64,000 bases of DNA from a bacterium. Its GTDB lineage: Bacteria > Electryoneota > B3-LCP. The first letter of the stretch is position 1. Each line of letters starts with the position of its first letter. The notes under the pieces are model-generated. The model did not search any database, was not told the DNA's origin, and saw only the letters and a list, made by a program, of their open reading frames with translations. The stretch spans positions 20,583 through 84,582 of the forward strand of contig JAPKYS010000054.1 in assembly GCA_026394195.1 (NCBI GenBank), read 5' to 3'. The translations under genes were made by a program, and so were the position numbers. Below, piece after piece: positions 7,183-16,193 of this stretch.

Positions 7183-10014
7183 ATGCTGAGCAACAGGAAA
7201 ACCTACTCTCTGGTCATCTGCCTGCTTTTTTTATTTTCAATGGTCGCATGGGCTTCCGACACCATCACCTTCGAAGATAATTGGGGCAATGCAGGATTCA
7301 ACCTGATGTCACAGGACGCGGCGGCGGTCGAAGTCGTCTATTCGGTGCCTGCAGTGACTCTGGAAGACATCAATATCAACGGCGAAATGATGCAGGACCT
7401 CATCATTTCAGGCGTCATGCTTCCCAACGATGCCGGCGCACCGAATCTGCCCGGAACCGGCAGGTACATCGCCATTCCGCAGGGCTCCAAAGCGGAAGTC
7501 GTAGTTTTGGATTACCGCAGCACGGTTCTGCACAATATCAATGTCGCTCCGGCGTTCGTCATCCCGCGCGATACGGATAAATCTCCACTGAAGTATCTGA
7601 AAAATCCGAACATTTACAACACCGACGCCAACTTCCCCGCTGAACCGGTGATGATGAGCAAGCAGACCCAGATCCGCGGCGTCGACGTGGTCATTTTAGG
7701 TATCACGCCCTTCCAGTACAATCCGGTGACCAAAGATCTGACGGTTTATCAGGATATCCGAGTCAAAGTGAATTTCATCGGTGGTAACGGGCATTTCGGC
7801 GAAGACCGCCTGCGCAGCCGCTGGTGGGATCCCGTGCTGGCTCAAAACCTGCTGAACTTCAGCTCGCTGCCTCCGTTACCGAAGCAGCCAGTACTCAACC
7901 TTACCGACGATACCAACGTCGAATACCTGATCATCATCCCCGATGATCCCGCTTTCATCGCCTGGGCTGACACGCTGAAGAATTGGCGCAACCAGCAGGG
8001 TATTCGCACCGGCGTCACCCGCCTGTCCGAAATGGGCGGTAACGTCTACACCAGCATCAAGAACTACATCACCAACGCTTACAATACCTGGACTATTCCT
8101 CCGGTAGCAGTGCTCATCCTATCCGATTATCAATCCTCCGGCGATACTTACGGCATCACCGCCAATACGTACTCCTACAGCTATACTTGCGTATCGGATA
8201 ATTTCTACGCCGACGTCAACAACAACCAGCTCCCGGATCTCGCCATTGGGCGCATCTGCGCGCAGAACAACACCCAGTTGCAGACCATGATCGGTAAAAT
8301 GCTGACCTATGAACGCACTCCGGTGACCAGCCCCACTTTTTACGATCATCCGGTTACTGCCGGAGGTTGGCAGACTGAACGCTGGTTCATCCTCTGTACA
8401 GAAGTAATCTGGGGTTATCTGCACAATGTCAAGGGGCAGAATCCTGTGCGTGAATACGCCATCTACAGCGGTACTCCGGGGTCATCCTGGTCGTCCAATG
8501 CCAACACCTACATGGTAGTCAATCATTATGGCCCCAGCGGATTGGGTTACATCCCCGCCACCCCGTCCTATTTGACGGATTGGGGCGCCAATGCCACCCG
8601 GGTCAATGCCGACATCAATGCCGGAGCCTGGCTGGTGCAGCACCGCGACCACGGCATGGAAACGGGGTGGGGCGAACCCAATTATACCGTCAACAACTTG
8701 AGCGCTCTGTACAACACGCAGTATCCCTATGTGATCTCCGCCAACTGCCTGTCAGGCAAGTTCAACTGGAGCGGCACCTGCTTTGTGGAAGCCATGCACC
8801 GCAGCACCTATGGAGCCGTTGGCCTTCTGAGCGCCTCTGAGACGTCCTACTCGTTCGTCAACGACGTGTTCTGCTGGGGTGTATACGACTGCATGATGCC
8901 CGATTTCGATCCCGATTATGGTTCGATGTGGCAAGAGGCTAACATGCCTGCGTTCGGTAACGCCAGTGGTAAATACTACCTGCAAGCATCCAGTTGGCCA
9001 TATAATCCAACCAACAAGGATGAGACCTACTACCTCTTCCATCACTTCGGCGACACCTTCATGACGCTCTATTCGGCCGTACCGCAGAATCTGACCGTCA
9101 GTCATGCCGCCTCGCTCCCCAGTGGATCATCGACCTTCAGTGTAACCGCCAACGCCGGATCGTACATCGGCTTGAGCGTCAATGGTCAGTACATCGGCAG
9201 CGCCGATGGAACCGGATCGCCGGTTAACGTAACCATCGTACCGCAGTCCCCGGGCGCTACCGTCCGCGTGACCGTCACTAAGGCGAACTACTTCCGTTAC
9301 ATGGCGGATATCCCTGTCAGCGCTGGCGGTCCACCCAGCATGCAGAACAATGTGACGCCCATTAATCCGCCCATCGTCATCCCGGCTAACGGCGGCAGCT
9401 TCCAGTACACCCTCAACGTAACCAACGTGGGCAGTTCCACTCAGAGCTTCGACGTTTGGAACAAGGTGCGCACCGCCGGAAACGTGTACTACGACGTCTG
9501 GGGTCCGGTGAACCGTTCATTACCCGCAAGCGCCAACCCCACGCGCATCCTGACACAATCGATCGCTTCCACGATTCCTTCGGGCACGCTGACCTTCCTC
9601 TCCTACATCGGCTACTACCCGAGTACCATCGCCGACAGCGGTTACTTCACCATCACCAAGTCGGCTTTGGCAGATGGCGGTCCGTTTGTCTCGGAATCGA
9701 ACTCCTACGGCAGCTTCCTGGAAGAATATATGGTGAACAGCAGCTCTATCCCGCTGGAATTCGCTCTGCAGGGAGCCTCCCCCAACCCCTTCAATCCGTC
9801 TACCAACATCAGCTTCTCGCTGGCGACCGACGGCATCGTCAACCTGACCGTCTATGACGTTTCGGGCCGAGCCGTCGCCACACTGGTCGACGGATACCGC
9901 CAGGCGGGTCCCCAAGAAGTCACCTTCGACGGAACCGGTTTAGCCTCCGGCGTCTACGTCTACCAGTTGACTTCCGGCGATCAGACTGCATCCGGAAAAT
10001 TGGTGCTGCTGTAG
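7183..10014 (+). CDS. Peptidase C25 (gingipain-like cysteine peptidase) with T9SS C-terminal sorting domain
   Basis: Catalytic His in LVQHRDHGMETGWGEP and catalytic Cys in YVISANCLSGKFNWSG, the C25 His/Cys dyad. DNFYADVNNNQLPDLAIGRI is a gingipain hallmark. Signal peptide present. The CTD is SPNPFNPSTNISFSL...GKLVLL. Confidence 0.85.
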   Translation: MLSNRKTYSLVICLLFLFSMVAWASDTITFEDNWGNAGFNLMSQDAAAVEVVYSVPAVTLEDININGEMMQDLIISGVMLPNDAGAPNLPGTGRYIAIPQGSKAEVVVLDYRSTVLHNINVAPAFVIPRDTDKSPLKYLKNPNIYNTDANFPAEPVMMSKQTQIRGVDVVILGITPFQYNPVTKDLTVYQDIRVKVNFIGGNGHFGEDRLRSRWWDPVLAQNLLNFSSLPPLPKQPVLNLTDDTNVEYLIIIPDDPAFIAWADTLKNWRNQQGIRTGVTRLSEMGGNVYTSIKNYITNAYNTWTIPPVAVLILSDYQSSGDTYGITANTYSYSYTCVSDNFYADVNNNQLPDLAIGRICAQNNTQLQTMIGKMLTYERTPVTSPTFYDHPVTAGGWQTERWFILCTEVIWGYLHNVKGQNPVREYAIYSGTPGSSWSSNANTYMVVNHYGPSGLGYIPATPSYLTDWGANATRVNADINAGAWLVQHRDHGMETGWGEPNYTVNNLSALYNTQYPYVISANCLSGKFNWSGTCFVEAMHRSTYGAVGLLSASETSYSFVNDVFCWGVYDCMMPDFDPDYGSMWQEANMPAFGNASGKYYLQASSWPYNPTNKDETYYLFHHFGDTFMTLYSAVPQNLTVSHAASLPSGSSTFSVTANAGSYIGLSVNGQYIGSADGTGSPVNVTIVPQSPGATVRVTVTKANYFRYMADIPVSAGGPPSMQNNVTPINPPIVIPANGGSFQYTLNVTNVGSSTQSFDVWNKVRTAGNVYYDVWGPVNRSLPASANPTRILTQSIASTIPSGTLTFLSYIGYYPSTIADSGYFTITKSALADGGPFVSESNSYGSFLEEYMVNSSSIPLEFALQGASPNPFNPSTNISFSLATDGIVNLTVYDVSGRAVATLVDGYRQAGPQEVTFDGTGLASGVYVYQLTSGDQTASGKLVLL

Positions 10015-10044
10015 TAGCATTCAGCACTCAGCAATCAGCAATCA

Positions 10045-10075
10045 GTAGGGGCGCAGCGTGCTGCGCCCCTTTTTA
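10045..10075 (+). terminator. Rho-independent terminator: GTAGGGGCGCAGCGTGCTGCGCCCC followed by TTTTT
   Basis: Perfect GC-rich hairpin plus T-run 30 nt after the C25 peptidase stop. One of at least 9 copies of this hairpin family in the window. Confidence 0.65.
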
Positions 10076-10179
10076 GTGCCCCATTCATGGGGTATGTCAG
10101 TCGTAGCACACTGCTTCAGCGGTGCGCGGGGAATGGTTTGTCTTTGACACGTCCGTTTCAGCGGACTGAAGGTTATAAG

Positions 10180-10257
10180 CCCGGGAATTCATTCCCGGGA
10201 GCGTCATGGAAGCAGGTGATTCCCGACGCGTCCCTTCGAGACTTGCGGGAATGACAC
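10180..10257. repeat. ATTCC palindromic repeat unit (CCCGGGAATTCATTCCCGGG plus GATTCCCGACGCGTCCCTTCGAGACTTGCGGGAATGAC)
   Basis: 38-mer nearly identical to 775-812. The first module recurs at 60262-60281. Confidence 0.55.
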
Positions 10258-10420
10258 CATTTCTTGGGTCGGGGCAAAGCCCGACCACTACGCGGCGTTT
10301 TCATCAGCGTAATCAGTGTCATCCGTGTAATCAGCGATTCAGACAATTTTCCCAGCGTCAGGTCTCTGTTCCGGCAACTGTCAAACTTTCACTGATTAGC
10401 GACAATACTCAAATCTCCCC

Positions 10421-10449
10421 TTGCCATATTTCGTTAATATTAGTATATT
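10421..10449 (+). promoter_or_regulatory. Sigma70-like promoter TTGCCA - 17 nt - TATATT upstream of the acetyl-CoA synthetase gene
   Basis: -35/-10 spacing of 17 nt, about 40 nt before ATG 10491. Confidence 0.4.
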
Positions 10450-10490
10450 AGAGTGCTTTCACACTTTCTCAACCTTCTCGGAGACTCTGA

Positions 10491-12551
10491 ATGCCGCATA
10501 CTCTGACACCCCTCTACCAACCACAAAACGTCGCCATAGTGGGAGCATCATCCAACCCGAAAAAGCTGGGACATCGCCTGCTGCAGAACCTGGTCGATTA
10601 CGGTTTCCGGGGGAAGATTTATCCCGTCAATCCCAGCGGAAACGACATTCTGGGTCTGCAGACCTTAAAATCCCTGCAGGATCTCGTTCGCCCGGTTGAC
10701 CTGGTCATCATCTGCACCCCCAGTCAGTACGTATTGGGGATTCTCGAAGATGCCGCCAGTGTCGGTTGCAAGTGCGCCGTAGTGCTATCATCCGGCTTCG
10801 GAGAAACCGGCAGCGACGGCAAAAACACTGAAGAATCCATCGAAGCTCTCTGCCAGAGTTCGGGACTGAGAATCCTGGGACCCAATTGCATGGGCGTGTA
10901 CAATGTCAACGACAACCTGAACGCCACCTGCTTCAAGGAACTGCCGCGTACTCCCGGACCCGTCTCCATTATCAGCCAATCCGGCGCATTCGGCGGATTA
11001 TCCTTCCGTGAATTAGCGTTACGTGAGATCGGTATTGCGAAGTTTATTTCGGTGGGAAATCAGCTGGATATTTCTTTTACCGATCTTTTAGACCTGTTGT
11101 GTGAAGATGAAAATACCAAGGTCGTCGGTCTGTTTATCGAAGCTGTAAAAGAGGGCTTTCCCTTCTTGGGCGCTCTTTCCCGGCTGGCAAACACCCGCCC
11201 GGTGGTTGTATTAAAAGCCGGGCATGATGATGCAGGGATACATGCTGCCTCGACTCATACGGGATCTCAGGTGGGCAGATATGCCGTTTACAGATCCGTG
11301 CTGAAAGAAGCCGGCGCTCTGATCGTCGATGATTCTGAGCAGTTTTTTGATGCGCTTCAGGTTCTGGCGCTTCAGCCCCCCCTCAACGGTTATCGTGTCG
11401 CCATCATGTCAACCTCTGCAGGACCAAGCATGCTGGCTTCTGATTCATGCGTTGACCTTGGCATCACCGTCCCGCGCTTTCCGTATGAATTACAAAACCA
11501 GCTCAGAGAATTGACTTCTACCCACGAGGCTGTTTCCAACCCCGTTGCCATGACCTGCCAGATGGACCCCGGCAATTATGGTCCCGCCGTAGATCTGGTC
11601 CTCGGTCAAAAGAAGATTGACGGCGCCATCGCCATCAATGCCTTCATCGACAGACCGGAGTTCGCGCAAGGCTTTATTTCCGCCGCGAAAAAATATAAAA
11701 AACCTGTTATAGCTTTCGCTGTGGATGCTCCGGATACCGCCACCGCTTTCAAACAGGCCGGCATCCCCATTTACCCCACTCCGGAAAGAGCTGTCAGAGC
11801 CTACAGAGTGCTCTTGGATTACACTCTGGGATTGGTATCGAAAAAATTCCAAAGGAAAATCACTCCCGGGAAACCGGCGCGCACACTGCGCCAATTCCGG
11901 CAGGATAACCCTGACCAATTTCTGATCCCGGAAGCATTAGTTAAAAAATCGTTGGCTGAATACGGCATCCCCGTGGTGGATGAACAGGTGGTCAAAATCT
12001 GGAGTACGACGCTGCGCGCGGCTCAGGACATCGGATTTCCTATCGCCCTTAAAGTGCATTCGGCAGATTTCCCGCTGCACCGATCTGAAATTGGCGGGAC
12101 TGTGTTGGGTATTGAGACTGAAGATGCCTTGAGAAATGCCTGGCACACACTCAACCGTGAATTTCCTACAGATGATCTGCTGGCGCAGCGCCAGGTGCCG
12201 CCTGGGATTGAGATCGTAATCGAAGCGGAACGCGACCCGGTTTTCGGACCTGTTATCACCATGGGTTTGCGAGGAGCGTTTAGGGATATTTTTAATGACG
12301 TTGTACTGGGCGTCTGTCCTTTGAGCCGGGCTCAGGTCCTGCGCATGATCCGGTCTCTGAAAGGACATAAGATACTGGATAGTTATTCTAACCAACCGGC
12401 AGTCGAGGAGAACGCTCTGGTGGACGTCATGCTGCAAGTCTCCGATTTTATGCTTGCCAATCCAGATGCGCAAAAGCTATCCATCGACCCCTTGATAGGC
12501 AACGAGAAAAGCATCGTAGTCGTGGATGCAACCATCGAAGTAAGTCATTAA
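10491..12551 (+). CDS. Acetate--CoA ligase (ADP-forming), fused alpha/beta subunits (NDP-forming acyl-CoA synthetase)
   Basis: N-terminal CoA-binding domain (YQPQNVAIVGASSNPKKLGHRLLQNLVDYGFRGKIYPVNP), succinyl-CoA-synthetase-like flavodoxin domain, C-terminal ATP-grasp. 686 aa. Confidence 0.85.
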   Translation: MPHTLTPLYQPQNVAIVGASSNPKKLGHRLLQNLVDYGFRGKIYPVNPSGNDILGLQTLKSLQDLVRPVDLVIICTPSQYVLGILEDAASVGCKCAVVLSSGFGETGSDGKNTEESIEALCQSSGLRILGPNCMGVYNVNDNLNATCFKELPRTPGPVSIISQSGAFGGLSFRELALREIGIAKFISVGNQLDISFTDLLDLLCEDENTKVVGLFIEAVKEGFPFLGALSRLANTRPVVVLKAGHDDAGIHAASTHTGSQVGRYAVYRSVLKEAGALIVDDSEQFFDALQVLALQPPLNGYRVAIMSTSAGPSMLASDSCVDLGITVPRFPYELQNQLRELTSTHEAVSNPVAMTCQMDPGNYGPAVDLVLGQKKIDGAIAINAFIDRPEFAQGFISAAKKYKKPVIAFAVDAPDTATAFKQAGIPIYPTPERAVRAYRVLLDYTLGLVSKKFQRKITPGKPARTLRQFRQDNPDQFLIPEALVKKSLAEYGIPVVDEQVVKIWSTTLRAAQDIGFPIALKVHSADFPLHRSEIGGTVLGIETEDALRNAWHTLNREFPTDDLLAQRQVPPGIEIVIEAERDPVFGPVITMGLRGAFRDIFNDVVLGVCPLSRAQVLRMIRSLKGHKILDSYSNQPAVEENALVDVMLQVSDFMLANPDAQKLSIDPLIGNEKSIVVVDATIEVSH

Positions 12552-12610
12552 AAAATAAGATTCCTCTGGGGTGTAACGAACCTACCACCAAGAATGCAAG
12601 GATTCTCCTC

Positions 12611-13024
12611 ATGGACATGAAAAAGGTTCTGGATAAAGCCAAAGATCTCCACGATCAAGCCAAGGAAGCCGGCAAGGATACGCTGCAATCCGCTCTGGAC
12701 GCCTCGCTTGAAGAACTGCAAGGCTTGCGCCCCATCCTGGCGAAATGTGGATTCAGCATCAACAATATCAGCATCACCATCTCCATCCCTCCCAACGTTG
12801 TGCTTACCATTAAGCATGACCGGGAAGAAGCCATGGGGCTCGCTGAGATGGAGAAATCTACGGAGCTGACCAAGATGCAGTCTCTCGTGGTTAAATCTTT
12901 GAAAAACACCTATGAATACAGTGGAATGTTTGAGAAGTACGGCTACGTGATCGGAACCATCAGCGTAACTGTAACGATAATTCCCAAAATTACAATCAGC
13001 CTCGTCACTATCAGCGGCAAATAG
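12611..13024 (+). CDS. Hypothetical protein with two short beta-rich repeats (ISITISIPP / ISVTVTIIPKITISLV)
   Basis: ORF with start in good context. No recognisable family. Confidence 0.4.
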   Translation: MDMKKVLDKAKDLHDQAKEAGKDTLQSALDASLEELQGLRPILAKCGFSINNISITISIPPNVVLTIKHDREEAMGLAEMEKSTELTKMQSLVVKSLKNTYEYSGMFEKYGYVIGTISVTVTIIPKITISLVTISGK

Positions 13025-13084
13025 CGCCTTCCTGAGCTGGTTGGGCTTCCCCTTCCCTGCTGCAGTGACCGAAAGGACTTCAAA

Positions 13085-13654
13085 ATGAAGAAGCTGCCTG
13101 GTCTGATAGTATCAACCGCCATGTTTACCATCAACCTGATCGCGCCGGCGGGTTCTGCTAATATAGATACAACCAACCCGCCGTTGACAACCGTGGATCG
13201 CGTCGATCTGCATCGCTACCTCGGGCTCTGGTATGAGATCGCCAAGATTCCCAATACCTTCCAGAAGAAGTGCGCTGGCGGTACCACCGCCTTTTACACT
13301 CTACGCTCAGATGGGAAAATTGACGTGACCAACCGCTGCACCGGCGGGAAGGGACAAGCCTATCAAGCCAATGGCATCGCTCGCATCATCGACGCGCAGA
13401 GTAACGCCAGGCTGCAGGTGAGCTTCGTCCGGATTTTAGGCATTTCATTCTTTTGGGGAGATTACTGGATCATCGGTCTGGACGATGACTACGAGTGGGC
13501 AATCGTCGGACATCCTAAGCGTAAGTATGGCTGGATTCTCAGCCGCACACCCCGGCTTAGCGAATCCACCTTCAAGAGGATATTTGCCATTCTAGGAGAA
13601 AAAGGGTACGACCCGGCCGCGTTTGAGATGACATTGCAGCCCGAAAAAGAATGA
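13085..13654 (+). CDS. blc: Bacterial lipocalin Blc (outer-membrane lipocalin)
   Basis: VDLHRYLGLWYEIAKIPNTFQKKCAGGTTAFYTL...DYWIIGLDDDYEWAIVGHPKRKYGWILSRTP reproduces the Blc structurally conserved regions. Confidence 0.85.
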   Translation: MKKLPGLIVSTAMFTINLIAPAGSANIDTTNPPLTTVDRVDLHRYLGLWYEIAKIPNTFQKKCAGGTTAFYTLRSDGKIDVTNRCTGGKGQAYQANGIARIIDAQSNARLQVSFVRILGISFFWGDYWIIGLDDDYEWAIVGHPKRKYGWILSRTPRLSESTFKRIFAILGEKGYDPAAFEMTLQPEKE

Positions 13655-13772
13655 CGCATTGAAAGGTGATCGTTCGCCCAGGGCGAGTGATCGCGATTAA
13701 TCTGACTAAAGGAGATTCTCCAACAGGCTGATCACCTAAATAACCATTCTGAACCAACAAAGAGGGAAGAAT

Positions 13773-14144
13773 ATGTCTGATACTGAAAATGTTCACGGCG
13801 GCTTCTGGAAAGGGCTGCTGATCGGCGGCTTGATCGGAGCGGCAATCAGTCTCCTCTACGCTCCCAAGGCCGGAAAAGAGTTGCGCGCCGACCTCAAACG
13901 TAAAGGCGGCGAAGCCTTGGATGATGCTCAGAAACTGTTCCAGGAGGCGCGCACGAAAGCCGACGCTATCATGGAAGAAGCTCGCAGCAAAGCCAGAGAA
14001 GTGATGCTCGCAGCGGAAGAGAAAGCCGTCAAAGTCGGCGAGACCGCAAAAAAAGAGGTCAAGCGCGCCAAACAGGCTGTGGAAGCAGGAGTCGACGCCG
14101 CTCGCCAGGAATACACCAGGGCAAAAGACGACAAACAAGTCTAA
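13773..14144 (+). CDS. ytxH: YtxH domain-containing stress protein
   Basis: GFWKGLLIGGLIGAAISLLYAPKAGKELR is the YtxH N-terminal signature. The remainder is a K/E/A-rich helical tail. Confidence 0.7.
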   Translation: MSDTENVHGGFWKGLLIGGLIGAAISLLYAPKAGKELRADLKRKGGEALDDAQKLFQEARTKADAIMEEARSKAREVMLAAEEKAVKVGETAKKEVKRAKQAVEAGVDAARQEYTRAKDDKQV

Positions 14145-14162
14145 CCTTAAAGGATCGCTGTT

Positions 14163-14543
14163 ATGGTTATTAACATAAGCGTGGCAGTCATCGCGCTGGT
14201 CATGCTGGCGGCGGTGGCTTTCCTTATTCCCGTGTTGCTCCAGGTTCGACGCACCGCTCGAGAAGCAGAAAAAACTCTGGAAGTCGTCCGGCAGCATATC
14301 GTCCCCATCGGTCACGACCTGACGATAATTTCGCAGAGAATCAGCGATGTCCTGGCGACCGTCCAGAGCCAGGTTGAAAAAGTCGATCAGAGTCTTACCG
14401 CCGTTCGTGATTCTGCATTGGTCTTCCGCGACTTCGAGAAGAACCTCTTTCAAAACATTCAGGAACCGTTAGGCGAGGTGTCCGCGTTGATCAGCGGGAT
14501 TGTCAGGGGAGTTGCGTCCTTTACCGGTCTGCTGCGTCGGTAG
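14163..14543 (+). CDS. DUF948-like (YtxG-like) membrane protein
   Basis: N-terminal TM helix then coiled-coil. Adjacency to ytxH mirrors the Bacillus ytxGHJ arrangement. Confidence 0.5.
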   Translation: MVINISVAVIALVMLAAVAFLIPVLLQVRRTAREAEKTLEVVRQHIVPIGHDLTIISQRISDVLATVQSQVEKVDQSLTAVRDSALVFRDFEKNLFQNIQEPLGEVSALISGIVRGVASFTGLLRR

Positions 14544-14685
14544 ATCTATCTTTCTTTGCTTTCGCGTCAGGTCAAGTCCCGTTTCAACAGGACGCGGCCT
14601 GACGCTTTTATTTTCAGCCTGATGCCACGTCTTATTACATTTCTTGAAAATGATCTCCAATCGCACATATTCCACACACAAAGCC

Positions 14686-14757
14686 GTCATTCCTCCGCCT
14701 CTGGCGGATCGGGAATCCAACGGCGTGTCTGATTCCGGACCAGCCGGAATGACACGC
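14686..14757. repeat. ATTCC palindromic repeat unit (reverse-complement copy of 738-768)
   Basis: CGTGTCTGATTCCGGACCAGCCGGAATGACAC is the reverse complement of GTGTCATTCCGGCTGGTCCGGAATCTGACACG. Confidence 0.55.
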
Positions 14758-14892
14758 TTCTATATCGGAAATTACTTCCAAGAACTGGTATAAGAGCGAG
14801 AAGATTTTGTGAATTTTTTCGAAATCTGAACTTTTCTCCTCCTTCGGACGTATCACTAAAAAAATCGGAAAGCTATCTATCCACATCAAGAC

Positions 14893-16191
14893 ATGAAGCA
14901 ATTAACGATTTTCGTCCTGCTGATCGCATTTTTTCTATCCGCCCCCGCCACTGCTCAGCCTGACCCCGATAGTCTGCTGGCAGCCTATATCCAGGAAGCC
15001 TGGACCAACCACCCTGACCTGAAAGCCATGCAAGCCATGGTTTCCGCCGACAGCAGCAGAGTTGGAATGAGCGGATCATGGATGAATCCCGAACTCAGAA
15101 TCGGCTTGATGAACCTGCCCGATACTTTCAATCTCTGGTCCGATCCCATGACCATGCTACAGGTGGGCATCATGCAGCAAATCCCCTTTCCCGGCAAGCT
15201 GCATCGCGCAGCCAGGGCTGAACAAGCTCGCACGGCAGCAGCTCGCGCCGACTTGGAACGCGGCAGAGACGAGATGGCGGCTATGGTGGCGATGGCATTC
15301 TACGATCTGGCTGCGGCTTACCAGATAAGAACCGCCATGCTGCAGGGGCAAACTTTAGCCGATCAGATGACCCAATCCGCCGCTCTGATGGTCGGTTCGG
15401 GCATGGGAGCCCAATCCGATCTATACAAGGCGCGGTTGGATGAGGAGCAGTGGAAACTGAAGCTGTCTACCAATCAGGATGAGATCGAACAGAAGCGATC
15501 TACGCTGGCTTACGCACTGGGACGCTCCGATGCTCAAGCCATTGCCGATGTGATTCTCCCAAATCAACCACCTCCACTGCCAGATCCCCTTACTTCCTTC
15601 GATGATTCGCCCGGGCTCCGCAGTTCTCAATTGTTAGTCCAGGCTGCCCAGAGCTCGCTTGAACGGGCGCGGCTGGATTACTATCCAGACGTTAACGTCA
15701 TGCTGGCGTACGGTTTGCGCGGCGATCTGAAAGTCGGCAGCATGGGAAATCCGATGAACGAGCCCTTGAAACAGGATAACATGATTTCCCTGGAACTCTC
15801 TTTCCCCATCCCGCTTTTTTATCGTGGGAACCAGGCTGCTAAAACTCAGGAAATGGGAGCGATGCTGACTCAAAGTCAGAATGTCTATCAGAAAATCCGC
15901 CTGGAAAAACGGCGGGAGTTGGACCAAATTTACGCACATTGGAAATCAAAACTCGATAATTATCATACGACGGTTGAACGCATTTTACCCGCAGCCGATA
16001 ATCTCTGGAATTCAACCTTGAATGACTACAGAGCCGGCAAAGTGACGATCATGAACCTGGCGCAGGCTCGCATGAGCCTGGTGATGGCTCGTATGGATGC
16101 AGCCATGCTGCTGGCGGATACCTGGGCTCTGCGTGGACAGTGGCAGGCTGCGTTGGGAATGCCGCTGGTCGAATCCAAGGAAGGAAATTAA
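14893..16191 (+). CDS. cusC: RND efflux outer-membrane factor (CusC/CzcC/TolC family)
   Basis: Signal peptide. Two-repeat OEP architecture. Operon position ahead of the membrane-fusion and RND pump genes. Confidence 0.7.
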   Translation: MKQLTIFVLLIAFFLSAPATAQPDPDSLLAAYIQEAWTNHPDLKAMQAMVSADSSRVGMSGSWMNPELRIGLMNLPDTFNLWSDPMTMLQVGIMQQIPFPGKLHRAARAEQARTAAARADLERGRDEMAAMVAMAFYDLAAAYQIRTAMLQGQTLADQMTQSAALMVGSGMGAQSDLYKARLDEEQWKLKLSTNQDEIEQKRSTLAYALGRSDAQAIADVILPNQPPPLPDPLTSFDDSPGLRSSQLLVQAAQSSLERARLDYYPDVNVMLAYGLRGDLKVGSMGNPMNEPLKQDNMISLELSFPIPLFYRGNQAAKTQEMGAMLTQSQNVYQKIRLEKRRELDQIYAHWKSKLDNYHTTVERILPAADNLWNSTLNDYRAGKVTIMNLAQARMSLVMARMDAAMLLADTWALRGQWQAALGMPLVESKEGN

Positions 16192-16193
16192 CC

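Noticed and set aside
13572-14453. 293-aa minus-strand ORF
   Set aside because: It lies entirely antisense to the ytxH and DUF948 genes. It has no motifs, and its composition is a GC-frame artefact of the opposite-strand genes.
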